From an uncultured Bacteroidia bacterium (GTDB lineage: Bacteria > Bacteroidota > Bacteroidia > Bacteroidales > UBA932), in NCBI GenBank assembly GCA_902767355.1, contig CACXHG010000145.1, positions 1-41,279 on the forward strand: a stretch of 41,279 bases of DNA, read 5' to 3'. The notes beneath the pieces are model-generated. The model was not told the origin of the DNA. It searched no databases and saw only the letters and a program-made list of their open reading frames with translations. Each line of letters opens with the position of its first letter. The first letter of the stretch is position 1. Shown one piece after another: positions 33,032 to 41,279 of this stretch. The translations under genes were made by a program, and so were the position numbers.

Positions 33032-34873
33032 ATGAAGTTTTACCTGAGCAGGCGCAACACCATATTGCTGGTAGTCTTTGTGATCTTCGTGATAATAGCC
33101 GTGCGGCTGTTTACCATCCAGATACTGGACGACCAGTACAGCGTGACATCGGAAAACAACGCCCTCAAATATGTGACCATCTACCCCGCCCGCGGCCGCA
33201 TCCTGGACCGCAACGGAGAGACCATCGTAGAGAACAAGATCACCTACGACATTATGGTCACGCCCCGCCAGGTGAGCGACTTTGACACGCTGGCAATATG
33301 CGAGATCTTCGGCCTGACGCCCCAGTTCGTGCGCGAGCGCTTCGATTCCTACTCCAGCAACGAGCGCAAGATAGGCTTCGGCTCCATGCCGTTCTTAAAG
33401 CAGGTCAGCAGCGAGCAATACAACGCCTTCGCAGAGAAGGCTTTCCTCTTCCCGGGCTTCGACGCCGTGGCCCGCAGCGCCAGGGTCTATCCCGTGAACG
33501 CCGGCGGCAACCTGATAGGCTATGTGTCTGAAGTGGACCGGGACTACATCGAAAAGCATCCCGACTACAAACCCGGCGACTATGCCGGCAAGACGGGCAT
33601 AGAGCGGGCCTACGAGCACCGCCTGAGCGGCGAAAAGGGCTACACGGTGTACTACCGCGACGCCCGCGGCCGCATCAAGGGCCACTACGAAGACGGCGCG
33701 ATGGACAAGGAGGCGATTGCCGGCAGCGACATCGTCACCACAATAGACGCCGAGCTGCAGTCCTACGGCGAGACTCTCATGCGCAACAAGGTCGGCAGCG
33801 TGGTGGCCATAGAGCCCTCTACCGGCGAGATTCTGACCCTTATCTCCAGCCCCGGCATAGACGTCAGCCAGCTGGCGGAGATCAACAAATACTATAAAGA
33901 AATCAGCGAGAACCCCTATAACCCCATGTTCAACCGCACCGTGCAGAGCGCGCAGCCTCCGGGCTCGGTGTTCAAGCTGGTCAACGGCCTGATCGGCCTG
34001 CAGGAGGGCGTGCTCACGCGGGACACCCGCTACCCCTGCAGCCGCGGCTACACCAACGGCAAGGTACACGTGGGCTGCCACGGGCATCCGTCGCCCATCA
34101 ACCTGCCCCAGTCCATAGCGATGAGCTGCAACGCCTATTACTGCTATGTGCTGCGCAACATTATGGACAACCGCAAATACGACAATATAGAAGAGGCCTT
34201 TGAAAAGTGGCGCGAGTATGTCTGCAGCTTCGGCTTCGGCCACAAGCTGGGCAGCGACGTGCCCTACGAGCTGGGCGGCAATGTGCCCACCGTGAACACC
34301 TACAACAAACTGCACGGCAAGGGCCGCTGGAAGTCGCTCTCCATCATCTCGCTCTCCATCGGGCAGGGCGAGCTGGGCTGCACCCCGCTGCACCTGGCCA
34401 ATCTGGCGGCGACCATAGCCAACCGCGGCTATTACTATGTGCCCCACATGATCAAGGGCGACGAGCAGTATCCGCTGGACTCCACCTACACCGTGAAGAA
34501 CTATACCATGGTCGATCCCAAGTATTTCCCGCTCATAGTGGAGGGGATGAACCAGTCGGTCTATGGCGACGGCGGCACCTCGCACGTGGCCCAGGTGCCG
34601 GGCGTGAACATGTGCGGCAAGACCGGCACGGCCCAGAACCCGCATGGCGACGACCACTCCGTGTTTATCTGCTTCGCGCCCAAGGACAACCCCAAGATTG
34701 CCGTGGCGGCCTACATAGAGAACGGCGGTTTCGGCGCCACCTGGGCGGCTCCGATCGCCTCGCTCATCGTGGAGAAATACCTCAACGGCGAGATTCAGCG
34801 CACCGAACTTGAGACGCGCGTAAAGAACGGATATCTGCTCAACAAAGTGCCCGTAAGAAGGAGGAGAAAGTAA
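33032..34873 (+). CDS. mrdA: penicillin-binding protein 2 (elongasome transpeptidase)
   Basis: 613 aa; N-terminal TM helix, PBP dimerisation region, transpeptidase motifs (SVFK, SCN, KTGTA). Follows mreD. Confidence 0.93.
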   Translation: MKFYLSRRNTILLVVFVIFVIIAVRLFTIQILDDQYSVTSENNALKYVTIYPARGRILDRNGETIVENKITYDIMVTPRQVSDFDTLAICEIFGLTPQFVRERFDSYSSNERKIGFGSMPFLKQVSSEQYNAFAEKAFLFPGFDAVARSARVYPVNAGGNLIGYVSEVDRDYIEKHPDYKPGDYAGKTGIERAYEHRLSGEKGYTVYYRDARGRIKGHYEDGAMDKEAIAGSDIVTTIDAELQSYGETLMRNKVGSVVAIEPSTGEILTLISSPGIDVSQLAEINKYYKEISENPYNPMFNRTVQSAQPPGSVFKLVNGLIGLQEGVLTRDTRYPCSRGYTNGKVHVGCHGHPSPINLPQSIAMSCNAYYCYVLRNIMDNRKYDNIEEAFEKWREYVCSFGFGHKLGSDVPYELGGNVPTVNTYNKLHGKGRWKSLSIISLSIGQGELGCTPLHLANLAATIANRGYYYVPHMIKGDEQYPLDSTYTVKNYTMVDPKYFPLIVEGMNQSVYGDGGTSHVAQVPGVNMCGKTGTAQNPHGDDHSVFICFAPKDNPKIAVAAYIENGGFGATWAAPIASLIVEKYLNGEIQRTELETRVKNGYLLNKVPVRRRRK

Positions 34874-36318
34874 TGGCGATCCGCAAGCATACATACCGCA
34901 ATCTGGACTGGACCCTGATAATCTGCTATCTGATTCTGGTGTTCTTCGGCTGGCTCAACATCTTTTCTGTGCTGCACGGCGACAAGACCAGCATCCTCGG
35001 CATATTCGACTTCACCCAGAAATACGGCATGCACCTGGTGTGGATCATTATCTCCCTGACGGTGGCGTTCCTGATTATCAGGGTGCTGCCGGCCAATTTC
35101 TGGCAGGGCATAGCCTGGCCGGCCTACGGGGGAGTTATATTGCTGCTGATGGCCACGCTCGTGCTGGGCGTGAGCAGCCACGGCTCCCAGAGCTGGATAC
35201 AGATTGGCGGCTTCCGCCTGCAGCCGGCCGAGTTTTCAAAGATTACCACGGCGCTGGCGCTGGCGACGGTCATGAGCAAATATGGCTTTTCCATAAAGAA
35301 CATCTCCGACATCGCCAAGGTGGCCGGGCTGCTGCTGCTGCCCATGGCCATCATCCTGCTGGAGAACGAGACCGGCAGCATGCTGGTCTATGTGGGGTTT
35401 CTGGTCGTGCTCTACCGCGAGGGAATGTCTGGCTGGATCATCACCCTGGGCTTTCTGACAGTGCTGGAGTTCATCCTTACCATCATCACCTCGCCCTATG
35501 TGGCCGTGTCCCTGGGCATCTGCATATTCCTGCTGGTATATTTCTTCCGCAGGGACGAGTATATCCTGGGGCTGATCGTGGTGGCGCTGTCGGTGGTGGC
35601 GCTTGTATTTATTCCCAAACTGCTTGAAATAGACGCCATTGCCGCCATAAACCCGCTGCCGGCGGCAGCCTGGCTCTCTATCATAGCCGGCGGCGTGGTC
35701 CTTTTCTTCATCGTCCGCCTCACCCTGCGCTTCCCGCGCCTGAAGTTCGAGCGCAACGCCCTGATTGTGCTGCTGTGCGGCATATTGTTCGTGCATTCGG
35801 TACAGTTTTTCTACAACAACGTGCTGCAGGACCACCAGCGCAACCGTATAGACGTGTTCCTGGGGCTGGTAGATGACCCCAAGGGCGTGGGCTACAACCT
35901 GCACCAGTCGATGGTGGCCATAGGCAGCGGCGGCCTGTTCGGCAAGGGCTTCATGAACGGCACCCAGACTTCCCTGGGCTATGTGCCGGAGCAGGAGACC
36001 GACTTTATTTTCTGCACCATAGGCGAAGAATGGGGCCTGCTGGGCGCCCTTGCCGTACTGGTGCTGTACTTTGTCATCATCTCCAGGCTCATTATCCTGG
36101 CAGACAAGACCAAAGACACCTTTACCCGGGTGTTCGGCTACAGCGTTGCCATGTGCATAGCCGTGCACGTGGTCATAAACATAGGCATGACCATTGGCCT
36201 GATGCCGGTCATCGGCATCCCGCTGCCCTATCTGAGCTACGGCGGCAGCGCCCTGCTGGCCTTTACCACCATGCTGGCCATATTTATCAAACTTGAATTC
36301 GATTCCCGGAAAATATAA
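34873..36318 (+). CDS. rodA: rod shape-determining protein RodA (SEDS family)
   Basis: 481 aa polytopic protein; SEDS blocks (FRLQPAEFSKI, ETDFIFCTIGEEWG, PLPYLSYGGSA). 1-nt overlap with mrdA. Confidence 0.92.
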   Translation: MAIRKHTYRNLDWTLIICYLILVFFGWLNIFSVLHGDKTSILGIFDFTQKYGMHLVWIIISLTVAFLIIRVLPANFWQGIAWPAYGGVILLLMATLVLGVSSHGSQSWIQIGGFRLQPAEFSKITTALALATVMSKYGFSIKNISDIAKVAGLLLLPMAIILLENETGSMLVYVGFLVVLYREGMSGWIITLGFLTVLEFILTIITSPYVAVSLGICIFLLVYFFRRDEYILGLIVVALSVVALVFIPKLLEIDAIAAINPLPAAAWLSIIAGGVVLFFIVRLTLRFPRLKFERNALIVLLCGILFVHSVQFFYNNVLQDHQRNRIDVFLGLVDDPKGVGYNLHQSMVAIGSGGLFGKGFMNGTQTSLGYVPEQETDFIFCTIGEEWGLLGALAVLVLYFVIISRLIILADKTKDTFTRVFGYSVAMCIAVHVVINIGMTIGLMPVIGIPLPYLSYGGSALLAFTTMLAIFIKLEFDSRKI

Positions 36319-36333
36319 ACAAACACTATATCT

Positions 36334-39132
36334 ATGAATTTTGCAGACAGACACATTGGCCCCCGCGGGGAGCAGACACAGCAGATGTTAAAGGCTCTGG
36401 GCCTCGGCAGCCTGGACGACCTGGTGGCCCAGACCGTCCCCGGCGACATACTCCTGCCGGAGCCGCTGAAGCTCTCACCCGCAATGAGGGAAGGCGAATA
36501 TCTGGCTCATCTCAAGGAGATTGCCGCAAAAAACAAGCACTTCCGCTCCCTGATCGGCATGGGCTGGTACCGCAGCGACACCCCCGCGGTGATAGAGCGC
36601 AACATTTTTGAGAATCCCTCCTGGTACACTTCCTACACCCCCTACCAGGCAGAAATATCGCAGGGACGGCTGGAGGCGCTCATGATTTTCCAGACGATGG
36701 TCGCCTCCATGACCGGCTTCAACCTGGCCAACTGCTCCATGCTGGACGACGCCACTGCCGCAGCCGAGGCGATGCGCATGATGTACAACCTGCGCAGCCG
36801 CGAGGCCGTAGCCGCAGGCAAGAACCTGCTGTTTGTAGATAAAAACATCTTTCCCAACGTGCTGTCGGTGCTCCAGACCCGTGCCGAAGCCCTCGGCATA
36901 GCTCTGGATGTGAGCGACTGGGAGAGCTACACCATCCGCGAGCGCTGCTTCGGAGCCATCCTGCAGTACCCGGCTGCCAACGGCGAGGTGCGCGACTACT
37001 CGGCCTTCTGCCAGAAGGCTCACGAGCGCGGGATGCTGGTGACAGCCTACTGCGACCTGCTCTCGCTGGCCCTGTTCAGGGAGCCGGCCGCCTGGGGGGC
37101 GGACATCGCCGTGGGCAGTGCGCAGCGTTTCGGCCTTCCCATGGGCTTCGGCGGCCCCACAGCCGGCTTCATGGCCACCCGCGACGAATATAAGCGTTCC
37201 CTGCCGGGCCGCATCATCGGCGCCTCCAAGGACCGCCTTGGCAATACCGCCTACCGCCTGGCCCTGCAGACCCGCGAGCAGCACATCAAGCGCGAGAAGG
37301 CCACCAGCAACATCTGCACGGCTTCGGCGCTGATGGCCGTCATGACCGGCATGTTTGCCGTATGGCACGGTCCCGAGGGCATCAAGACCATCGCCCGCCG
37401 AGCCTACGACTATGCCCACCTGTTTGCCCGCGCCCTGGCAAAGAACGGCTACATCCTGGCCTCCAAGTGCTTCTTTGACACGATAGAGGTGCACGCCCCC
37501 AATGTGGATGCCATACGCGCCCGCGCCCTGGAGAAAGGCTTCAATTTCTACTATCCCGACGAAGAGCGGGTGCGCATCAGCTTTGACGAACTCTCCTGCG
37601 ACGACGAGATCGCGCAGATGTGCGAGATTTTCCAGATAAAGACTGCCGAGCTGCCCCAGACCCAGGAGCCCCTGGCGCGCCAGAATGCATTTCTGACATC
37701 CGAGGTGTTCAGCCTCTACCACAGCGAGACCGAGATGATGCGCTACATCAAGAAGCTGGAGCGCAAGGACATCTCCCTCACCCACTCCATGATTCCGCTA
37801 GGCAGCTGCACGATGAAGCTCAACGCCGCCACGGAGATGATTCCCCTCTCCTGGCGCGAATTTGCCGACATCCACCCTTACGCGCCCAAAGACCAGACGG
37901 CCGGCACAATGCAGATAATAAGCGAACTGGAGCACGACCTGGCGGTGATCACCGGCCTGGACGCCTGCTCGCTGCAGCCCAACAGCGGCGCGGCGGGAGA
38001 ATACGCCGGCCTTATCACCATACGCAACTATTTCAATGCCACCGGCCAGAGCCAGCGCAGGGTGATGCTCATCCCGGCCAGCGCCCACGGCACCAACCCC
38101 GCAAGCGCCACCATGGCCGGCTTCGAGCTGGACATCGTGGACTTTGACGAAAACGGCGACGTGAAGGTGGATTCCCTCCGCGAGAAGGCTGCCGCTGCCG
38201 GCGAGCGCCTGGCGGGCCTGATGATAACCTACCCCTCTACCAACGGCATCTTCGAGGCCAAGATACGCCAGATCGTGGACATCATCCACAGCTTCGGCGG
38301 CATGGTGTATATGGACGGAGCCAACATGAATGCCCAGTGCGGCCTCACCAACCCCGGCTATATCGGAGCCGACGTATGCCACCTGAACCTGCACAAGACC
38401 TTCGCCATGCCCCACGGCGGCGGCGGTCCCGGCGTAGGTCCCATCTGCACGAGCAAGACCCTGGCGCCGTATATGCCCGGCCATCCGGAAGTGCCCTCCT
38501 GCGGCGGGGCGGGCATGAGCGCCGTGAGCGCAGCCCCCTACGGCAGCCCGCTGCTGCTGACCATCACCCACGCCTACATCAAGATGCTGGGCGCCGAAGG
38601 CCTGAGGCGCGTCAGCCAGATGGCCATTCTCAATGCCAATTACATTGCCAAGGCCCTGGAGCCGGAGTTCAGCACCCTCTATAAGGGCGAGGGCGGCCGC
38701 GTGGCCCACGAATGCATCATCGACCTGCGTCACTTCAAGGCCACCTACGGCGTGGATGCCACCGACGTGGCCAAGCGCCTGATGGATTTCGGTTTCCACG
38801 CCCCGACCCTGAGCTTCCCCGTGCACGAGACGCTCATGGTAGAGCCCACCGAGAGCGAGCCCAAAGAAGAGCTGGACCGCTTTGCCCAGGCCATGAAGGC
38901 CATCAAGGCCGAGTGCGAGGCCATCCGGGACGGCCGGCTGGACGCAGCCGACAACCCCGTGAAGATGGCTCCCCACACCGCCGTAGAAGTCTGCGGCGAC
39001 GCATGGAGCCACCCCTATGGCAGGCAAGTTGCAGCGTTCCCCCTGGAATGGATCAAAGACAATAAATTCTGGCCCGCCTGCGCCCGTGTAGACAACGGCC
39101 TGGGCGACAGAAACTTAATAGCTAATTTATAA
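36334..39132 (+). CDS. gcvP: glycine dehydrogenase (decarboxylating), single-chain P protein
   Basis: 932 aa; FADRHIGP start, YTPYQAEISQGRLE, PLP-lysine region (HLNLHKTFAMPHGGGGPG). Confidence 0.96.
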   Translation: MNFADRHIGPRGEQTQQMLKALGLGSLDDLVAQTVPGDILLPEPLKLSPAMREGEYLAHLKEIAAKNKHFRSLIGMGWYRSDTPAVIERNIFENPSWYTSYTPYQAEISQGRLEALMIFQTMVASMTGFNLANCSMLDDATAAAEAMRMMYNLRSREAVAAGKNLLFVDKNIFPNVLSVLQTRAEALGIALDVSDWESYTIRERCFGAILQYPAANGEVRDYSAFCQKAHERGMLVTAYCDLLSLALFREPAAWGADIAVGSAQRFGLPMGFGGPTAGFMATRDEYKRSLPGRIIGASKDRLGNTAYRLALQTREQHIKREKATSNICTASALMAVMTGMFAVWHGPEGIKTIARRAYDYAHLFARALAKNGYILASKCFFDTIEVHAPNVDAIRARALEKGFNFYYPDEERVRISFDELSCDDEIAQMCEIFQIKTAELPQTQEPLARQNAFLTSEVFSLYHSETEMMRYIKKLERKDISLTHSMIPLGSCTMKLNAATEMIPLSWREFADIHPYAPKDQTAGTMQIISELEHDLAVITGLDACSLQPNSGAAGEYAGLITIRNYFNATGQSQRRVMLIPASAHGTNPASATMAGFELDIVDFDENGDVKVDSLREKAAAAGERLAGLMITYPSTNGIFEAKIRQIVDIIHSFGGMVYMDGANMNAQCGLTNPGYIGADVCHLNLHKTFAMPHGGGGPGVGPICTSKTLAPYMPGHPEVPSCGGAGMSAVSAAPYGSPLLLTITHAYIKMLGAEGLRRVSQMAILNANYIAKALEPEFSTLYKGEGGRVAHECIIDLRHFKATYGVDATDVAKRLMDFGFHAPTLSFPVHETLMVEPTESEPKEELDRFAQAMKAIKAECEAIRDGRLDAADNPVKMAPHTAVEVCGDAWSHPYGRQVAAFPLEWIKDNKFWPACARVDNGLGDRNLIANL

Positions 39133-39135
39133 GAT

Positions 39136-40071
39136 ATGTTCAATCTGCTGTACGTAACCTGGGATGTCAATCCCATATTGCTTCAGATAGGCCCCTTGGC
39201 CATCAGGTACTATTCCCTACTGTTCATTGCCGGTTTCCCGCTGGGCTACTGGATGGTGTGGAAGTTCTATCAGCGCGAAGGCAAGAACACCGACCTGCTG
39301 GAGCCGCTGCTCTACGCCCTGCTGCTGGGCACCATCGTGGGCGCCCGCCTGGGCCACTGCCTCTTCTACGAGCCCGAATTCTATCTGAAACATCCGGCCG
39401 AGATCATCAAGGTATGGCACGGCGGCCTGGCCAGCCACGGCGGCGCGATAGGCGTGCTGCTGGCCATCTGGTGGTATGCCAATAAATACGGCAAGAAAAA
39501 CGGTTTCGACTTCATGTGGCTGCTGGACCGCCTGGTGATAGCCATCTGCTTCGCCGGCTGTTTCATACGCCTTGGCAACCTGTTCAACTCGGAGATTTTC
39601 GGCGGTGCAACCACCCTGCCATGGGGCTTCAAGTTCCCCCGCAGCGCACAGTGGGTGGCCGAATACGGCCCGGCGGTGTATCCGCCCGACGGCGCGGCGT
39701 GCCATCCAACCCAGATCTACGAGGCGCTGAGCTACCTGCTGCTGGGCTTCTTCCTGCTCTGGATCTACTGGAAGAAGGCCGACAAGGTGTACAAGGGCTG
39801 GATTTTCGGAGTTTTCCTGATCGTGCTCTTCGGGATGCGCTTCCTTATAGAGTTCATCAAAAACGACCAGGTCGGCTTTGAAAACGGGATGCTCTTCAAC
39901 ATGGGACAGCTGCTCAGCGTGCCGTTCATAGTTGCCGGCATCATAATTCTCGTGCTGAGCTACGTCAAGAAGCGCCCGCTGCTGATGATATCCAAACCCA
40001 AAGAGGAACCCAAGGAAAAAGGCCCGCGCATGTCGCACTCAAAGCGTATGGCGGCCGGCATGAAACAGTAG
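39136..40071 (+). CDS. lgt: prolipoprotein diacylglyceryl transferase
   Basis: 311 aa; IRYYSLLFIAGF, KVWHGGLASHGG, GRLGNLFNSEIFG, HPTQIYEAL, canonical Lgt blocks. Confidence 0.94.
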   Translation: MFNLLYVTWDVNPILLQIGPLAIRYYSLLFIAGFPLGYWMVWKFYQREGKNTDLLEPLLYALLLGTIVGARLGHCLFYEPEFYLKHPAEIIKVWHGGLASHGGAIGVLLAIWWYANKYGKKNGFDFMWLLDRLVIAICFAGCFIRLGNLFNSEIFGGATTLPWGFKFPRSAQWVAEYGPAVYPPDGAACHPTQIYEALSYLLLGFFLLWIYWKKADKVYKGWIFGVFLIVLFGMRFLIEFIKNDQVGFENGMLFNMGQLLSVPFIVAGIIILVLSYVKKRPLLMISKPKEEPKEKGPRMSHSKRMAAGMKQ

Positions 40072-40077
40072 CGAGCC

Positions 40078-40986
40078 ATGACATTTGAAACCCCCTCAAC
40101 TGCCTGGAAGGACTACGAGCTTATCGACTGCGGCGACTTTTGCAAGCTGGAGCGCTTTGGCAAATACGTCACTATCCGCCCCGAGCCCAAAGCCCTGTGG
40201 AAAAAGTCCCTCCCCGACGCCGAGTGGAGACGCATGGCCCACACCGAGTTTATCCCGGGCGGCGGCTTCTCCACTGCCGGGCAGCAGGACAGCGGATCCT
40301 GGAAAACCCTCCGGAAGATGGATCAGCAGTGGCCCATAGTCTATCAGCCGCTGCATCTGACGCTCAGGATGGGCATGACTTCGTTCAAGCACGTGGGCGT
40401 CTTTCCCGAGCAGGCTCCCAACTGGGAGTTTATCTATAGCAACACCAGTCGAATAGTGAATAATGCCGGCGGCGCTCCTGTGAAAGTGCTCAACTTGTTT
40501 GCCTACACTGGGGCCGCCTCGCTGGCTGCCCGCAAGGCCGGGGCCGACGTCACCCATCTGGATTCGGTGCGCCAGGTGGTCACCTGGGCCCGCCAGAACA
40601 TGGAGCTCAGCCGGTTGGACGGCATACGCTGGATAGTGGAGGATGCCCTCAAATTCGTGCGCCGCGAGGCCCGCAGGGGCAATGTCTATCAGGGCATAAT
40701 GCTGGACCCGCCCGCCTACGGCCACGGCCCCGACGGCGAGAAATGGAAGCTGGACGACTGCCTCTACGAGATGCTCTGCCTCGTTGGGCAGATTCTCGCC
40801 CCGAAAGACAGTTTCCTGATACTGAATCTCTACGCCAACGGCTACTCTTCGCTGCTGGCAGACACGGCCTTGCGCAGCGCCCTGAACCTCAAAAAGGACG
40901 CCGACATAGAGTGCGGCGAGCTGGTTTTGCGCGACAGCTTCGGTAAAGCTTTACCGTTAAGCGTCTTTGCAAGACTAAAAAGATAG
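40078..40986 (+). CDS. class I SAM-dependent methyltransferase, RlmI-like (no PUA domain)
   Basis: 302 aa; Rossmann SAM-binding region VLNLFAYTGAASLAARKAGADVTHLDS and catalytic-type MLDPPAYG, resembling the RlmI/YwbD family. The substrate is not inferable. Confidence 0.75.
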   Translation: MTFETPSTAWKDYELIDCGDFCKLERFGKYVTIRPEPKALWKKSLPDAEWRRMAHTEFIPGGGFSTAGQQDSGSWKTLRKMDQQWPIVYQPLHLTLRMGMTSFKHVGVFPEQAPNWEFIYSNTSRIVNNAGGAPVKVLNLFAYTGAASLAARKAGADVTHLDSVRQVVTWARQNMELSRLDGIRWIVEDALKFVRREARRGNVYQGIMLDPPAYGHGPDGEKWKLDDCLYEMLCLVGQILAPKDSFLILNLYANGYSSLLADTALRSALNLKKDADIECGELVLRDSFGKALPLSVFARLKR

Positions 40987-41061
40987 GATAATTGAATTAT
41001 TTATTACTTTTGCAGTCCGCATAAGTTTTTCTTAGGCTAAGAAATTTTAACACAATTAGAT

Positions 41062-41279
41062 ATGCAAAACATTTCAAACTACGATTTCTCCGGCAAAAGA
41101 GCCATTGTGAGAGTCGATTTCAATGTACCTCTGAACGAAAAATTTGAGATTACAGACGACACCCGTATCCGTGCTGCCATCCCCACCCTCAAGAAGGTGC
41201 TCGAAAAAGGCGGTTCGCTCATCATCATGTCCCACCTGGGCCGTCCGAAGGGCGTAGAGGAGAAGTTCTCCCTCAAACA
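41062..41279 (+). CDS. pgk: phosphoglycerate kinase (N-terminal 72 codons; continues beyond the window)
   Basis: Translation from the ATG at 41062: [64 protein letters not shown], a canonical PGK N-terminus. A TActTTTG -7-like box lies at 41005-41012. Confidence 0.93.
   Translation, partial: MQNISNYDFSGKRAIVRVDFNVPLNEKFEITDDTRIRAAIPTLKKVLEKGGSLIIMSHLGRPKGVEEKFSLK

Overview
This 41.3-kb window is a chromosomal segment from a fairly GC-rich Bacteroidota (Bacteroidales-type) genome. The taxonomic call rests on gene content, Bacteroides-type TAnnTTTG promoters, and a TonB-dependent receptor paired with DUF4249. Most of the window is housekeeping. Positions 1-7934 (minus strand) hold the distal part of the ribosomal protein supercluster: rplP-rpmC-rpsQ-rplN-rplX-rplE-rpsN-rpsH-rplF-rplR-rpsE-rpmD-rplO-secY-map-infA-rpmJ-rpsM. 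The cluster is cut off upstream of rplP, where a terminator and its own promoter replace rpsC. Positions 8226-15415 (minus) carry a GDPD phosphodiesterase, a DUF4294-like protein, radA, prmC, ddl and PBP1A. Next come topA and an Lrp/AsnC regulator (plus), then a DUF4249 lipoprotein and a TonB-dependent receptor (minus). Positions 28344-41279 carry ispD (minus), then on the plus strand purH-mreB-mreC-mreD-mrdA-rodA, gcvP, lgt, a RlmI-like SAM methyltransferase, and the start of pgk. The unusual part is an AT-richer accessory islet at about 21.8-28.3 kb. It holds three small lipoprotein genes, each preceded by a near-identical ~200-bp promoter module. Two of these genes are mirror-image paralogous cassettes. 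Each module contains a pair of 12-bp direct repeats (CGAAAAATGTCG) spaced 21 bp apart. The same repeat pair sits upstream of an embedded LytS-type histidine kinase / LytTR response regulator operon. I read this as a self-contained, autoregulated LytTR regulon with lipoprotein outputs of unknown function. The islet also carries a HepT toxin paired with an atypically long MNT nucleotidyltransferase fused to a wHTH (AbiEi-like) N-terminal region, preceded by a perfect 13-N13-13 palindrome. All family assignments come from motif recognition by eye; no searches were run.
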